A DNA stretch of 64,000 nt, from the NCBI RefSeq assembly GCF_009914755.1, contig NC_060926.1. One strand, written 5' to 3'. Position numbers and translations under genes: made by a program. This document shows positions 42,017 through 54,322 of this stretch, in pieces. The stretch is from the human T2T-CHM13v2.0 reference genome, Homo sapiens. The first letter of the stretch is position 1; every line of letters begins with the position of its first letter. Below the pieces are notes generated by a model that was not told the origin of the DNA, searched no databases, and saw nothing but the letters and a program-made list of their open reading frames with translations.

Positions 42017-42300
42017 TGTGTTAGTTATCTATTGCTGTGTAACACAGTTCCACATGCCCAGTGGCTTGAAGCAGCACACATTTATGGTGGTTACCGTGGG
42101 CCAGCAATCCAGGCACAGGTTCGCTGTGTCTTCTGCCCCAGGGTCTCACAAAGCTGCCGTCAAGTTTTTGGCCCAGGCTGGGAATCTCATCTCAAGGCTC
42201 ACCTGGGGAAGGATCCACTTCCACACTTCTGTGGTTATTAGCAGAATACAGTTCCTTGTCAACTGTTGGACTGGGGGCCTGTGTTTCTTGTTGGCATTTG
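42017..42300 (-). mobile_element. MLT1F-like MaLR LTR fragment
   Basis: TGTGTTAGTTATCTATTGCTGTGTAAC...AGTGGCTTGAAGCAGCACACATTTAT...GCAGAATACAGTTCCTTG. Confidence 0.75.
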
Positions 42301-42924
42301 TGATGTCAGCTTTATAACAGTGAAATTTTATATAAGTTACAGGTAGTTATGATGGTAGATATTAAATACTGTGGCAAGATCCACCACCTGAAGAACTTCC
42401 TGAAAGTGGGTGGCCAAGGACTGGTTGGAAACTTTATAGAACAGGGGTGAGCCTGGTGATGGGCAGAGAGTTTGGGAGGGAGACTTTTGGGGCTGGCTGC
42501 TGGGAGCCTGGAGCCCTTTCCTGGTCCCTTACCACCAGCCAAGTGAGGGGAGCTTCAGCAGGCATGTGTCCCCTACAACAGGGGGTCGGAGCGATGCCCC
42601 TGAGGAAATGAAGGCGGATAGAAGGCCATGCTGGAGGGAGGAACAGATCTGGTGCTGGGTGGGCAGTGGCTGCAGGGGCAGCATTTGTGGGTGGAGTGTG
42701 CCTGGTGCTGCCGGGACCACCGCCCATGTGTCCGTGGACCACGTGTGTGTGAGAGTGGAGGCGCGGCATATCCTAGGGCCTTCTGAGAAGCCTCCTTGGT
42801 GGGCGAACATCCCCGACAGCAAGAAGCTGGAGGTACCATGGGAACGCGAGGGTCTGGGGACAGAGAGCCTTGTGGAATAGAGATGCCAAAGAACCAGCCT
42901 GGAGCACCTGCTGCTCCAGACACA

Positions 42925-43395
42925 TGCAATGTCTGTTTTTTGGCTGCAGTAACAAATGACCACAAACTGGGTGGCTTACAAGAATAGGAATGTGCTCTCA
43001 GCACACAGGCTTCCCCAACGCTGGAGGACACAAGTCCAAAATCAAGGTGCCAGCAGGTCTGTGCTCCCTCCGGAGCTCAGGGAAGGAGGCTTCCTGCCTC
43101 TTCCTGCTCCCAGTGGCTGCAGGGTCTCCACAGCTCGGGACTGCGTCCTCCCATCTCTGCCTCTGTCTCCCAGGGGCCCCTGCTCTCCCCCCTGTGTCTC
43201 CTCCTCTTCCTCTGTCTCCTATGGATACACCTGTCCTTGATTTAGGGCTCTCTTGGGTGAGCCTGGCTGGTTTCATATTGGGATCCTTCATTATATCTGT
43301 AAGCACCATTTTCCCCCCAAATAAGATCACACTCATAGGTTCTAGGGATTGGAACTGGACATTTCATTTTGGGGGCCGCAATTCAACTTATGACA
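42925..43395 (-). mobile_element. MLT1C-like MaLR solo LTR
   Basis: GGCTGCAGTAACAAATGACCACAAACTGGGTGGCTTA...AAGTCCAAAATCAAGGTG...CCAAATAAGATCACACTC...GCAATTCAAC. Confidence 0.8.
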
Positions 43396-43569
43396 CCAAC
43401 TTACAAGGGAGTCATTGGGAGACTTTCCTGCCATACCTCAGCTTCTCCTCCAACCCAGAGGGCCAGAAACCCAAGGCTGTGCAGGGGGGCGGAGGTGGCA
43501 TAGGTGGAGAGAGAAGGTCAGCCCCAGCCCAACAGCCCTGATGAGGCCATCAGGGACTTTATGGGACCC

Positions 43570-44500
43570 TTTAGTATTGAATACCTGGCATGTTCATTTG
43601 ATTTCACCACGCTTCTAAACATCCCTCCCACCTGAAATGATTTTCTTGGCTAATCTCACTTGTTTATTTTTTTTTGGACAAAATTCAGAATTATTTTGTT
43701 AAGTTTTCTCCAAAATGTGACTGGGATTTGTATTGAAACAGCACCAAACATCTACATTAATTCTGGGGGAATAGATATGTTTTCCACACTGAGTCTTTCT
43801 TTGCAGGAACAAAGAATAAATCTCTGTTTATGCAAATGTTCTTTCACTGCCTCAGTAAAGTCCGCAAGTAGTAATAGGCTCTGCGCTCTTCCTGTTAGGT
43901 TTGTTCCTAAATGTCTGCTGCTTCTCATTAATAGAATTTGTTTTAATTGTTCTAAGTAATAATTGCTTATATATAGGAACACTCATGGTTCCTGTTTTTA
44001 GTTTCTTAGTATATTAGTCTGTTTTCATGCTGTTATAAAGAAATACCTGAGGCTGGGTAATTTACAAAGAAAAGAGGTCTAATTGGCTCGTGACTCTGCA
44101 GGCTGTACAGGAAGCATAGCGGCTTCAGCTCAGCTTCTGGAGAGGCCTCAGGAAACTTACAGTTGTGGTGGAAGGCAAACGGGGAGTGAGGTGTCTCACA
44201 TGGCCAGAGCAGAAGGAAGAGAGAGAAGGAGGAGCCGCACCCACTTTTAAACAATTAGATCCCACGATAACTCACCCACTCACCATCATGAGAACAGCAC
44301 TGAGGGGATGGTGCAAACCACTCATTAGAACTCTGCCCCCATATCCCACCAGGCCCCACCTCTAACACTGGGGATTACAATTCGATGTGAGATTTGGTGG
44401 GGACACAGATCCAAATCATATCAGTTAGCATGTTTATTAGTTTTGAGAAGTTCTCAATTTACCACTTGGGTTTTTTAGGCTGACAGCAATATCACCTGGT
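43570..44500 (-). mobile_element. Old L1M ORF2 remnant, interrupted by MST LTR
   Basis: Minus ORF 43752-43982 resembles L1 ORF2 (HLGTNLT...ERLSVENISIPPELM). Confidence 0.75.
44010..44423 (-). mobile_element. MSTA/MSTB solo LTR
   Basis: TATATTAGTCTGTTTTCATGCTGTTATAAAGAAATACCTGAGGCTGGGTAAT...GGGACACAGATCCAAATCATATCA; TSD CTTAG/GTTAG. Confidence 0.92.
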
Positions 44501-45409
44501 TCTTATAGATGTGATCCTGGATTTGTTTCTAGCAGAGCCTGCATTGTGACTGGTAAGTGTAATTCCCCTTAATAAAGCATTATTGTTAGCGTTTACATGC
44601 CGTGTCGCCGTTTACAGCCGGTTTGTAGACAGAAATCCACAGGTAGATGGTTTCGATACTTCCTGTTGGTCCTTTTTTCGAATGACTTCTCTATTCTCAG
44701 CTTTTAAATGTTGACTGCCCTTTGGGCAGAATTGCTTATACCTCTAAAAAGTCTTCTGGGGAAGGGTTCCCGGTTCATATACTTAAAATCGGGCCTGTCT
44801 GGGAACGCCCTCCTGTGGCGTGGAACGTGGCTGTGACGAGAGCTTCCACCGGGGCCTTCTCCTTTCCGTTCTCAGCAGCACAGGCACCCTCGGCTCTTTG
44901 AGGCTTTATGTTATGGAAATTCAGCGATCCTGTGTTCACCTTCACCTAGTCCTTCTTCACCTTTGTGGGTTTCTTTTTGTTGATTATTTCTGCCCTTGTA
45001 GCTTCTCTTAAAAAACCTTCCGTTCCCCCTTGACTTTCTCATCCTGAGGAAATCTAGCCCATTGCAGTGTTTGTCCTGGGGACGCCCCGCTGGCTGCCTT
45101 TCTGTTCATTGCCTGTCTTCCTGCCTCTGCGAGTGACACCAGGGTCTCTCATCTCCCTCATTTGGAACCAAGTTACTCTTTCCGCGAAACGTTGGTTATA
45201 ATTCCACCTTTCCTCTATTTCAGTACAGACATACCTGAACCTTTCTAGTGGAAGTTGCATGAATCAAGTGATGTCAGTTTTCTGTGTGGTACAGGCTTCC
45301 CTAGCTTAAAAAATATTTCCTTTGGACTCTGGAAAGGGGAGCTAACTACCTATACTTACCCTGCCATTTACATGAAAGCCACCAAGGGGAAGGTCTTGTT
45401 CGGTTTTGC

Positions 45410-45805
45410 TTTTTTAATAGATGATCTTTTAGAACATTTCTGTGTTTATAGAAGCACTGTGCAGGAAGTACAGAGAGTCCTTGTATTATTCCACCCCCCC
45501 CCACCCACCACCCTTCATACAATTTCCCTTATTATTCTCTTGCATTTGTGTGGTGTCTTCGTCATAGTTGATGAGGCCATGTGGACACCTTATCATTAAC
45601 TAAAGTCCATAGTCTCCTTTAGGGTTGGTGCTTTATGTGGTACAGATCGATGGCTTTTGGCAAATGTACAATGTCATGTACCCACTATGACAACATCATA
45701 TGGAAGCATTCCTCCACCCTAGTGCCCTGGGCTCCAGCTACTCATCCCTCCCACCTTGCCCTGAACCCGTGGCAACTACTGATCTCTTTACTGTTTCTGT
45801 AGTTT
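45410..45805 (-). mobile_element. L1MC-like 3' end
   Basis: AAGTACAGAGAGTCC...CATTAACTAAAGTCCATAGT...GGCAACTACTGATCTCTTTACTGT. Confidence 0.8.
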
Positions 45806-47577
45806 GTTTTTAAGATGGGAGAGAATGGATTGTATACATAGGATGAGGGGAAACAGCCAAAAGAGAAGAGAACCTGGAGATTTCAGGAGGGAAAGCGTGC
45901 TTGATGGGGTGAGGTTCCTGGGAAGGCAGGAGAAGATGGGCATGAGGAGCGCAGAGGTGGCTTTGTCCTGGAGACAGGCAGGCTCAGGGAAGCACGTTGA
46001 GTGGGAACTGCCTGCTGGTTCTATTATTTCAGTTGAGTTCCAGGGTCAGCTCCGGTCAGTATGGGGGCTGGTGAAATTGTCTCAGAGGGGAAGGAGAAGC
46101 AGCCAGAAGGGGACAGAGGATGAGTATGTAGATTCTTGGCTGGGCAGCAAGGAGCACTGGCTAAGGCTGGAAACTGGTTTGTACGCAGTAGCCACTAAAA
46201 TCCAGGGCTGGGCTGGGGAGGCAGGACAAGGAGCAGAAGTTCACAGAGGCTGGTGGTCGGCGGGAACACAGGCCTGTGCAGGGCTGCAGAGAGTGAGAAA
46301 GGGTCTGCCTGGGGCATGGCTTCTCTTCCAAGGTGTCCAATGCCACCTCTTGTTTCATGAGTCCTGACCATACCTGGACAGCACACAAGAGTCAGGTGAT
46401 GCCTCCAATTTGCAGAAAGCAAGACTGGTCTCCATTTCTCTCCGTTTGGGGAGCTGGGCTGGAGATCTTAAGGAACCAGAACAAACGTAAGCCACTCCTC
46501 TTCAAGCACTTTTGCCCTTGAAATACGTGCCCAGAACAAACATCTCTTTTCAAACAATTCTTTGAATTCTTTTTTTCTTGGGGGGGTGATTAACATTTTG
46601 TGTTTTCATAGAAGCCATATTCCATCAGAGTTATTCTGCAGCACTCTTTCAGAGCCAGGGCTATTTTTTAAAAAGCATTTGGCACTCTGAAGTGTTACAT
46701 GTGGCTTAGTGAAAACAGCAATATGCAGAGATTCAAAAGATGTCACTCCGTGTTAGGGACAAAACGTGATCAGCTTTAATTATTCTCCAACACAAACACT
46801 GACTTCAGCGGTGGGGCTGTGGGAAGCAGGGGCCATCTTTTCAGGAGAGTCGTTCTTTGTACATAGCCTTCAGGACTTGACCTCTCAGTGACTTTTGAAC
46901 TGCTTAACAACAGAGAGAGGGAGGGAAATAAAGCCGTCTCCTGGGCACGTGCTTCAATAAGAACAGCTGCTCAGAGCAAGCCAGTGGACTAGGCAGGACC
47001 CCCTAACTGCAGCCTTGTATCTGACAATGGCAGGAACACGTCTGCTTCCCCTGTGCTGGTGTCCACCCACAGACAGGAGCCTCGGTGGCCACACTGGCCC
47101 TCCCTCTGGCTTCCTTGAAGAAGCCCTCACACATCCGTGGTCTTATTGAATTGTTGCAACGGTCCTTGCAGAAAGAATTAGTATTACCACTACCCTAAAG
47201 ATGGTAAACAGAAGTTCCCGTAGATTAAGTGTGGGAGGCAGGAGCTGAACCGAGGTTGTTCTCTCCGCAGAGACCATGTATGTGAGGCACGTTGGGCTCC
47301 TGTAACAACCATAAAGAAAAAACATGGTCATGCTCAGTGCCTGATCCAGGGAGGAGCTAGAACAATGGAAATCATTACAATTATGGGTTAAGATTGCTCA
47401 CAGATGTACCAGTGGGCCAGGCAGGCAGCTCGTAATGTTCTTGTTGAAACCTGTGCGAGGAATAAGTGCCTGTCCTCCTAGGAAAAGGCTCACGGTTCTT
47501 CGACCACAGTAAAAAATTAACCAGAATCATTTAAATCCATTCCAGTTGATCAACAGCTTTCTGCCAATACACAAAAT

Positions 47578-48026
47578 CCAGTCAATCAGTGATAGCCCCA
47601 CTCTCCTGAAAGCCAGCCAATCAGGGACAGCCCCACCCTTCTGAAAGCCAGCCAATCAATGACTCCTCACCATTCTGAAAGCCAGCCAATCAGTGACAGC
47701 CCTGCCCCTCTGAAAGCCAGCCAATCAATGACATCCCTGCCCTTCTGAAAGCCAGCCTATCTGTCACAGCCCTGCCTTTCTGAAAGTCAGCCAGTGTCAG
47801 CCCCGGCCTTCAAAAAGCCAGCCAATCCGTTACAGTCTCACACTTCTGAAAGCTGCCAATCAGTGACAGCCCTGCCCTTCTAAAAGCCAGCCAATCAGTG
47901 ACAGGCCTGCCTTTCTAAAAGCCAGCCAATCAATGACAGCCCTGCTCCTCTGAAAGCCAGCCAATGAATGACAGCCCTGCCCCTCTGAAAGCCAGCCAAT
48001 CAGTGACTGCCCCACCCTTCTGAAAG
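47578..48026. repeat. 35-bp minisatellite, ~13 units, consensus CCAGCCAATCAGTGACAGCCCTGCCCTTCTGAAAG
   Basis: CCAAT at 47617, 47652, 47686, 47721, 47822, 47856, 47891, 47926, 47961, 47996; degenerate at 47582, 47756, 47791. Confidence 0.95.
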
Positions 48027-49492
48027 ACACCTCATCAAAATAGCCTCACTTTGGTACCTGGGATGCCACCGCTGAAGGTGGACCAGGTGTACCCTCTCTA
48101 AGACTGGCTCTTCCCTGGGGTGGAGGACCCCTGTCTCTCTGGCTTAGCAAACCGTCATTAGGGCTTCTGCCTGGGCAGAGCTGTTTCATGCCGAGGACTC
48201 ACTCCAAGAAGCTCCTGCCTGGGGCAGGAAGCAGTTACTTGGCGGTGGCAGGTGTCCCTGTGTGTGATGGGACTGACCTCAGTGTGGGGTCTCTGAGCTG
48301 TGGCCCAAAGGAGGAGAGTCCACAGGGCCAGAGTACCGAGAGGCGAACTCCTGTCCGTGGGAACGCCTATCGTGGGCTCCCCTTCATGAATGTACAAGGC
48401 GAACAGTGTGTCCGGCCCTGCCCCTGCGTCCTGATGGCCAAGGTCAGGGCTCTTTCCCCGTCGGCATGGCCTCTCCCAGGCAGCGGTGAAATCACCCAGT
48501 GGAGGGTGGTGGGTCTCCTTCTGAACACCCTGCTTTGTGAGGACACCCATCAGGTCAGGTCTACTAACTTCAAGTCTGGGCAAAGGACAAAGCACAGGTG
48601 GTCAGGAGGACCCCATAAGAGCCAATACCAATCCAAACTGCCCTGAACGCACACCTGCTCTGCCTTGACAGTTTGTAGACAGCCTCCCCACACCCTCCGT
48701 TTCCACACAATTACTTTCTGCACATCAGTGCCCCTGAGAGGGTGGTCCAGTGACCGAGCGGGCACAGTGGCTGCAGGGAGAAGTGGCGGGGCCCAAGCCT
48801 TCACTGTCATTGTCGTGTAGCTCCCGTGGGGTGTTTGTGGTGGGAAACACAGTAAGAGACTCGAGTCTTGCTGAGAGTGAGGTCTTAGAAGTGTCCGACC
48901 TCTCCTGTGGCATCCCAGCAGAATTCCTACGGAGGTGCTGTACTTAAGGTCTTGAGTGGCCCCTGGACCGGCCTCCACACAAAAGATCTTGACATGGTCC
49001 GTCATATTCCCATTGCTTTTATCTTGACGACAGGCCCATGACATCTGTGCCACTAACCTGGAGCCTTCCCCTGTCTTCAGCTGCCTCCTCCCAGCACTCT
49101 TCCAGGGGATACCACCACCTGCCCTCCTACATCCCAAATCTGCAGTGAGGGTCCAACCAGGCAGTGAATTCCGAGTCTTCTGCAGCCAGCCCAGGGCAGG
49201 CTCAGCTCCTCTGACTTGGCCACATCCAACTTTCCCAGATCATAGTTCCACATGTGACGTAAATGTAAACAATTGGAGGACTTCGGGGAGCTGGCTCTGC
49301 TCGGGGCTCCCCTGAGTTGTGGTCCACAGAGACAGGGCAGCAGGTCACTTGGCTACTGATGATTGGTCCACACAAATGCAAATTTAAAGGGCAGCCTTCA
49401 TTATTTCACTAAATGGTAATGATCAATGCGTTGATGGTGATGTTCAGTTCCGCGTGTGTTTGTGGAATATTTGCCATGCATGAGGCCTGCAC

Positions 49493-49748
49493 TGGGTTCC
49501 GAGGACAATCTGGGCCGGACTGCAAAGGGAGGTGGGGCCACACCAGTTCGAGGACAATCTGGGCCAGACTGCAAAGGGAGGTGGGGCCACACCGGGTTCC
49601 GAGGACGATCTGGGCCGGACTGCAAAGGGAGGTGGAGCCACACCGGGTTATGAGGACAATCTGGGCCGGACTGCAACGGGAGGTGGAGCCACACCAGGTT
49701 ATGAGGACAATCTGGGCCGGACTGCAAAGGGAGGTGGGGCCAGGTTCA
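49493..49748. repeat. 51-bp minisatellite, ~5 units
   Basis: GAGGAC(A/G)ATCTGGGCC(G/A)GACTGCAA(A/C)GGGAGGTGG(G/A)GCC at 49501, 49550, 49601, 49652, 49703. Confidence 0.95.
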
Positions 49749-51839
49749 AGGAAAATGAACGCCGAGTGGGACCGTGTCTTGCTCATGTTCAGGCTGGAAG
49801 ATGTTTGTGCCTGTCAGGAAGGGAAACCTGAACTACACGGAGGAGGATGACACGGGGGCTCTGAGGGTTGAACCCAGGTGGCTGGACCACAGGAGAGCTT
49901 TAGGGAAAGTCAAGAAAGCAGAGGCAGGCCCTGCTCACCGCACAGCAGTGGTGTGGGCACGACGGCCCAGGGGCCATCTGCTCTGGCCTGTTTGCATGGG
50001 AATGCATGAGGACATAAACAGCCCGATTCCATGGGAACAACACAGGTGGAGGAGGTCGACATGGGGCCGTCCCCTTGTCCCCTTACATCTCCAGCTGGGT
50101 GAGCTGCTGGCCTGGCCGGCAGGGCAGTGGCTCCCGGCCTCTGACGTACCCCGGCCATGGCTGAGGCTTCCCAGTTCTTGGGTTTACGTGGAAGGATCCT
50201 GAGTCTTTAGTTGCGTAGAGGACTTGGAGCTTAGAAGAATGGCAACTGGTGTGGTGCTTCGTTGGTCTTGGTTTCCACAGCTCTGATGTAATTCTTTGGA
50301 ATTGGGTGGGAGTCAGCACAAATCCAATGGGGACGAGTGGTGGTTTGGCCCAGAGCCACCTGGCTCCACCGGCACTGCTCTCGGGCAGATTCAACAGCAA
50401 AGCGTCCGGGAGAAAGCCTGGCTTTTCATTATTCTGGTGACCCTGACTGAGTTTCCTTCCTTGGGTGAAGGTGAGGGGGTCTCAGCTTTCCCATCGGTGG
50501 CCCAAGGATGCTGGGGTTGGGAGCATGGGAGTTCTGTTCCAGCTGTGAAATGCTCCTTCTCCGCGTCTAAGGCCAAATGAGGCTCTGGGATAGCAGGAAC
50601 CAACTCAGAGTGCACTGCAGGTTTAGAGCCAAGATCTGGATGAAGAAGAGTGGCTTGGACCCTCATTTCTTGGAAGGCACGAGGCAGCGGAGGCCAGCAT
50701 CTCTCCAAGTGTTTGGGGTGGGGTGTTCTGAGCCTGGAGCCTCTTCCCAGCTTGGGTGGGTGGCAGAGAGTAGGATGAGAGGAAGGACCAGGGTGCTGTG
50801 CCGGTCCCCAAGGTTCTGTGGGCTAGGGACCTCTTGCTTCTCCCTTCTCTCCTTCTAGGGTTTCAGTCTTTGATCGGCCCACAGTGGGTTTCGGACTGCA
50901 AGCTGCCTGTGATGAGTTGCTGGCTACAGCCACGTGGAGCTGCGGGAGAAGGACCAAGGCTGAACAGCAGCCAGCACATTGGCCTTTTCAGCTTGATCTT
51001 AATTTGTCAGAAAATGCTCCCTTCTCACCCTCAGCATTTCATGAGATGCTGAAAACCTGATGCCCTAATGTAGTGGATTGCAATTATTCTAAATTAGGCA
51101 GAAAAGCACATTTCAGAGAGTTTCTCCCCATCTGTCTAACTTGAAGTTTCTGCTGTTTGTAATGAGTCATTTCTTCAGCACAGACTCCTGGACCGAGAGG
51201 AATTTTCTTATTTCATCTTTGCTTTTCCATTGTGTAGAAGCTTGAAGCCTCCCGCTCCTCTCCCAGGGCCAGAGCTTTGGCTCTGAGGACGGACTGAGCG
51301 TCCTCAAAGCCACAGGCTCATAAACAAGACCGAGGACGAGGAAGTCCTGAGATGGGCAGTCAGGGCAACAGAGGGCAGGAGGAGGTGGCTGATGTTGAGG
51401 CAGACGCAGGAGGTGCTGGCATCTCTGCTCCCAGTTCCCACCCTCGTGTCACACACCAGCTTTTACTAGTGACCACAGAGCCGTGCTTCATGCTCTGCTT
51501 ACAAGTGACAGAACTTGTTGCACCCAAAGGGAAACTTGGCAAGGTCCCTGCTGTCCTCTCTTCATCCTGGGGAGGCGTGGACTGAGGCACCTGCTCCGGT
51601 CACTCTGCTGGACGTGGTGGGCATGAGGCATGGCCTCAGGGACCCTTGGACTCCATTGCCTCCCCTGTCGGTGGGGGCTACTTTCAGGCTGTGGCTCAGG
51701 AGGTGGTTTAGGGTTAACTCTGCTCATGGACCTGGGATCGGGGAGGCACAGGGGGCCCAGCTCTGTGGGCATTTGCTGATAGTGTCTCAAAATGCTCTGT
51801 AAGGTCCACTAAGATTTGTCTTGAAGCCACGTTAAAGCA

Positions 51840-51993
51840 TTTTTAAGGTGGAATTCACATAACATAAAGCGAACCCTTTTGCAGTGTCAATTTCAACAGC
51901 ATTTAGTACATCCTCGGTGTTGTGCAACCACCATCTCTGTCAAGCTCCGAAACAGTTTCATCACCCCCAGAGAAAACCCCGTCCCCATTAAGC
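51840..51993 (-). mobile_element. L1MB 3' terminal fragment
   Basis: GAATTCACATAACATAAA...GCATTTAGTACAT...TGTTGTGCAACCACCATCTCT...GAAAACCCCGTCCCCATTAAGC. Confidence 0.8.
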
Positions 51994-53208
51994 TGACTGG
52001 AAGCCACTTTTGACTTCCCTCTTGAACCTTCAGGCACAGAAAATGAAGAAATTCCCCTCAGTGGTGGTCAAGGGTGAGGGTGGGTCAGGGAGGGCTCTCA
52101 GGAGGCTTCTGAGCCTGGAGCCTCTTCCCAGCTTGGAGAAGTGCCCCGGGCGGCTCACAGCACCACTGACCACCTGGTTTGACACAGAGACTGCACGGGA
52201 CAATGCTACAAGCGTGACTTGGAGTGTTCGTAGATTCTCCCTTCCTCTATTCAGCTGGTGGCTACGTGACCTTGAGCAAGTTACCTAACTTCGTGAAGAA
52301 GGAACTTCTAAGAATACTTCCCTGCAGGCTGAGGTGGGGCCCACATGGGCATCGCGGGTGAGAAGAACCTGCAGGCTCTCGGGAAATTGCCTTCTCCATC
52401 CTCCTTGAATGGCTCTGACTCCGGTTTGGAGGCGGGCAAGGAAGGCAGATAAAGAGGGAGTTCTGGGTTGGATTCTCTTTCTGTTTGGTGCCCTCCGGTG
52501 AGCTAAGGACAAGGAGACAGGATGGGACCAATGTTCTCCTGGACGTGGGACTAAGGCTGCTCCTCCAGTGTGGGGAGTGGGAGATTGGTGTTGTAACAGG
52601 GGGAGGGGCAAGGGAGGGAGAGGGGTAGGAGGGACAGCTGGAGAGAGAGAGGGCCTCAGGTCCTGGTGACACCAGACCCCATTGGAATGGCTGCTGCAAC
52701 CTTCTTGGTCCGGGGTGGACTGGTCTGTGTCCCTGTTTATATGTCGTGCAAGCCTAGCCCTGCTCCACCCTCTGTGGGGAGGGCCCTTTGTGGCCACTGG
52801 GCCGATGGCTGCAGAGCCCCCCAGCTGCAGCCCTGCCCAGCTCCTTCTGCTCCAGCACTTCCACAGTGCGGCCACTGTAGGGTGCAGCCATTGAATGAAT
52901 GAGTGCGGGCAAATCCGCATCGACAGCTTGCTGATTTGAACCGAAATCTGGGCTACAGGTGAGAGAGGCAAGAATCCAAGGAAAGGATGGAGACCAAGAG
53001 GCTTAGTGAGGTGGCCAGTGGGGGCGTCTGAGTTGGATGGAAGCCGCGTGACTGACCCAGTTCCTGAGGCTGCGGGGCAGGCTGGGCTCATGGGGAAGGA
53101 TCTCATTGCTCATTCATGCCTTCAGGACCCTCTCCTGTGGCCTGAGCCTTCAGCAGCTCTGCTGTCTGCCAGATGCCAGACCCTGGTGTGTACCTTATCA
53201 TGTCCTCA

Positions 53209-53504
53209 GGCCTCCACGGTGCCCGTCTCTCCATCTCGTGGCCCAGGCCTCCGTGGTGCCCATCTCTCCAGCTCATGGCCCAGGCCTCCACAGTGCCTGT
53301 CTCTCCAGCCCATGGCCTAGGCCTCCACAGTGTCTGTCTCTCCATCTCGTGGCTCAGGCCTCTGTGGTGCCCATCTCTCCAGCTCATGGCCCAGGCCTCC
53401 GCTGTGCCTGTCTCTCCATCTCGTGGCTCAGGCCTCCACTGTGCCTATCTCTCCAGCCCATGGCCTAGGCCTCTGCAGTGCCTGTCTCTCCAGCTTGTGG
53501 CCCT
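53209..53504. repeat. 37-bp minisatellite, 8 units
   Basis: GGCCTC...GTGCC(T/C)(G/A)TCTCTCCA(G/T)C(T/C)C(A/G)TGGC units every 37 bp from 53209 to 53468. Confidence 0.95.
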
Positions 53505-54157
53505 GGATGCTGGTGGTGCACACCTGGCAGCGTGCCCGGCCCATGGGGAGCTCAGCAAACCCTTGCCAACAGGCGGTGGGTTCCCAAGGGATCCAGCGAT
53601 CGGATGAGTAAATGAGAGCCTGCAGAAGCACTGCCACCCTTGCCTTTTCTTTTTGGGTCATCGAGGTGGCAGCCCATGTGTTGATTCTGCAAGCGTAGAC
53701 ACAGCTCTTGAATAATCACATGGAATCGCTTTACCCAGAGAGGCCCAGACACCTGTGGGAGGCCAATCCAGCTTCCCGCCAGAGGCCACTCAGAGGTGCT
53801 CATGTGCCCTCGGTTTGGGTGCCTTCCAGCATCCAGCCCACAGGAAGGGGAATTCTAAGTGCCTGCCGGTCACCCTGGTCTGCGCTTACTGGCATCGCTC
53901 TGATTTGTTGCATGGGGTGGGGAGGAGCCAAAGACAGCATTGGAACAGGGGACGGACCAAGCCTCCACCCTTGTGGCCTTTCTCCTGTGTGGGAGGCAGG
54001 CTCCCTCTCCGTTTTCCTCCTTCCCGGAAGCTCTCGAGGGCAGGACTCATCTGCTCAGCTCACGGCGGCAGCTCTGATGCTGGAACAAGGCCTGGGTAGA
54101 TGGATGGATGTTTTCCCAGTGGGGGTCTCTGAAGCCTACCTTATTCCATCAAGAGCA

Positions 54158-54322
54158 GGACCAGCCTAGATGGGCTATGTTGGCTGCAGGATGCACAGAG
54201 GACAGAGACTGCCCCAAAGGGAGAGGGAAGGCAGAGCCAGGACCAGCCTAGATGGGCTATGTTGGCTGCGGGATGCACGGAGGGCAGAGGCCGCCCCAAA
54301 GGGAGAGGGACCAGCCTAGATG
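54158..54322. repeat. ~82-bp tandem duplication plus start of a third copy
   Basis: GGACCAGCCTAGATG at 54158, 54240, 54308. Confidence 0.9.

Noticed and set aside
47578-53504. 35-37-bp periodic arrays as CRISPR-like
   Set aside because: Head-to-tail repeats without unique spacers, in primate DNA with no cas genes.
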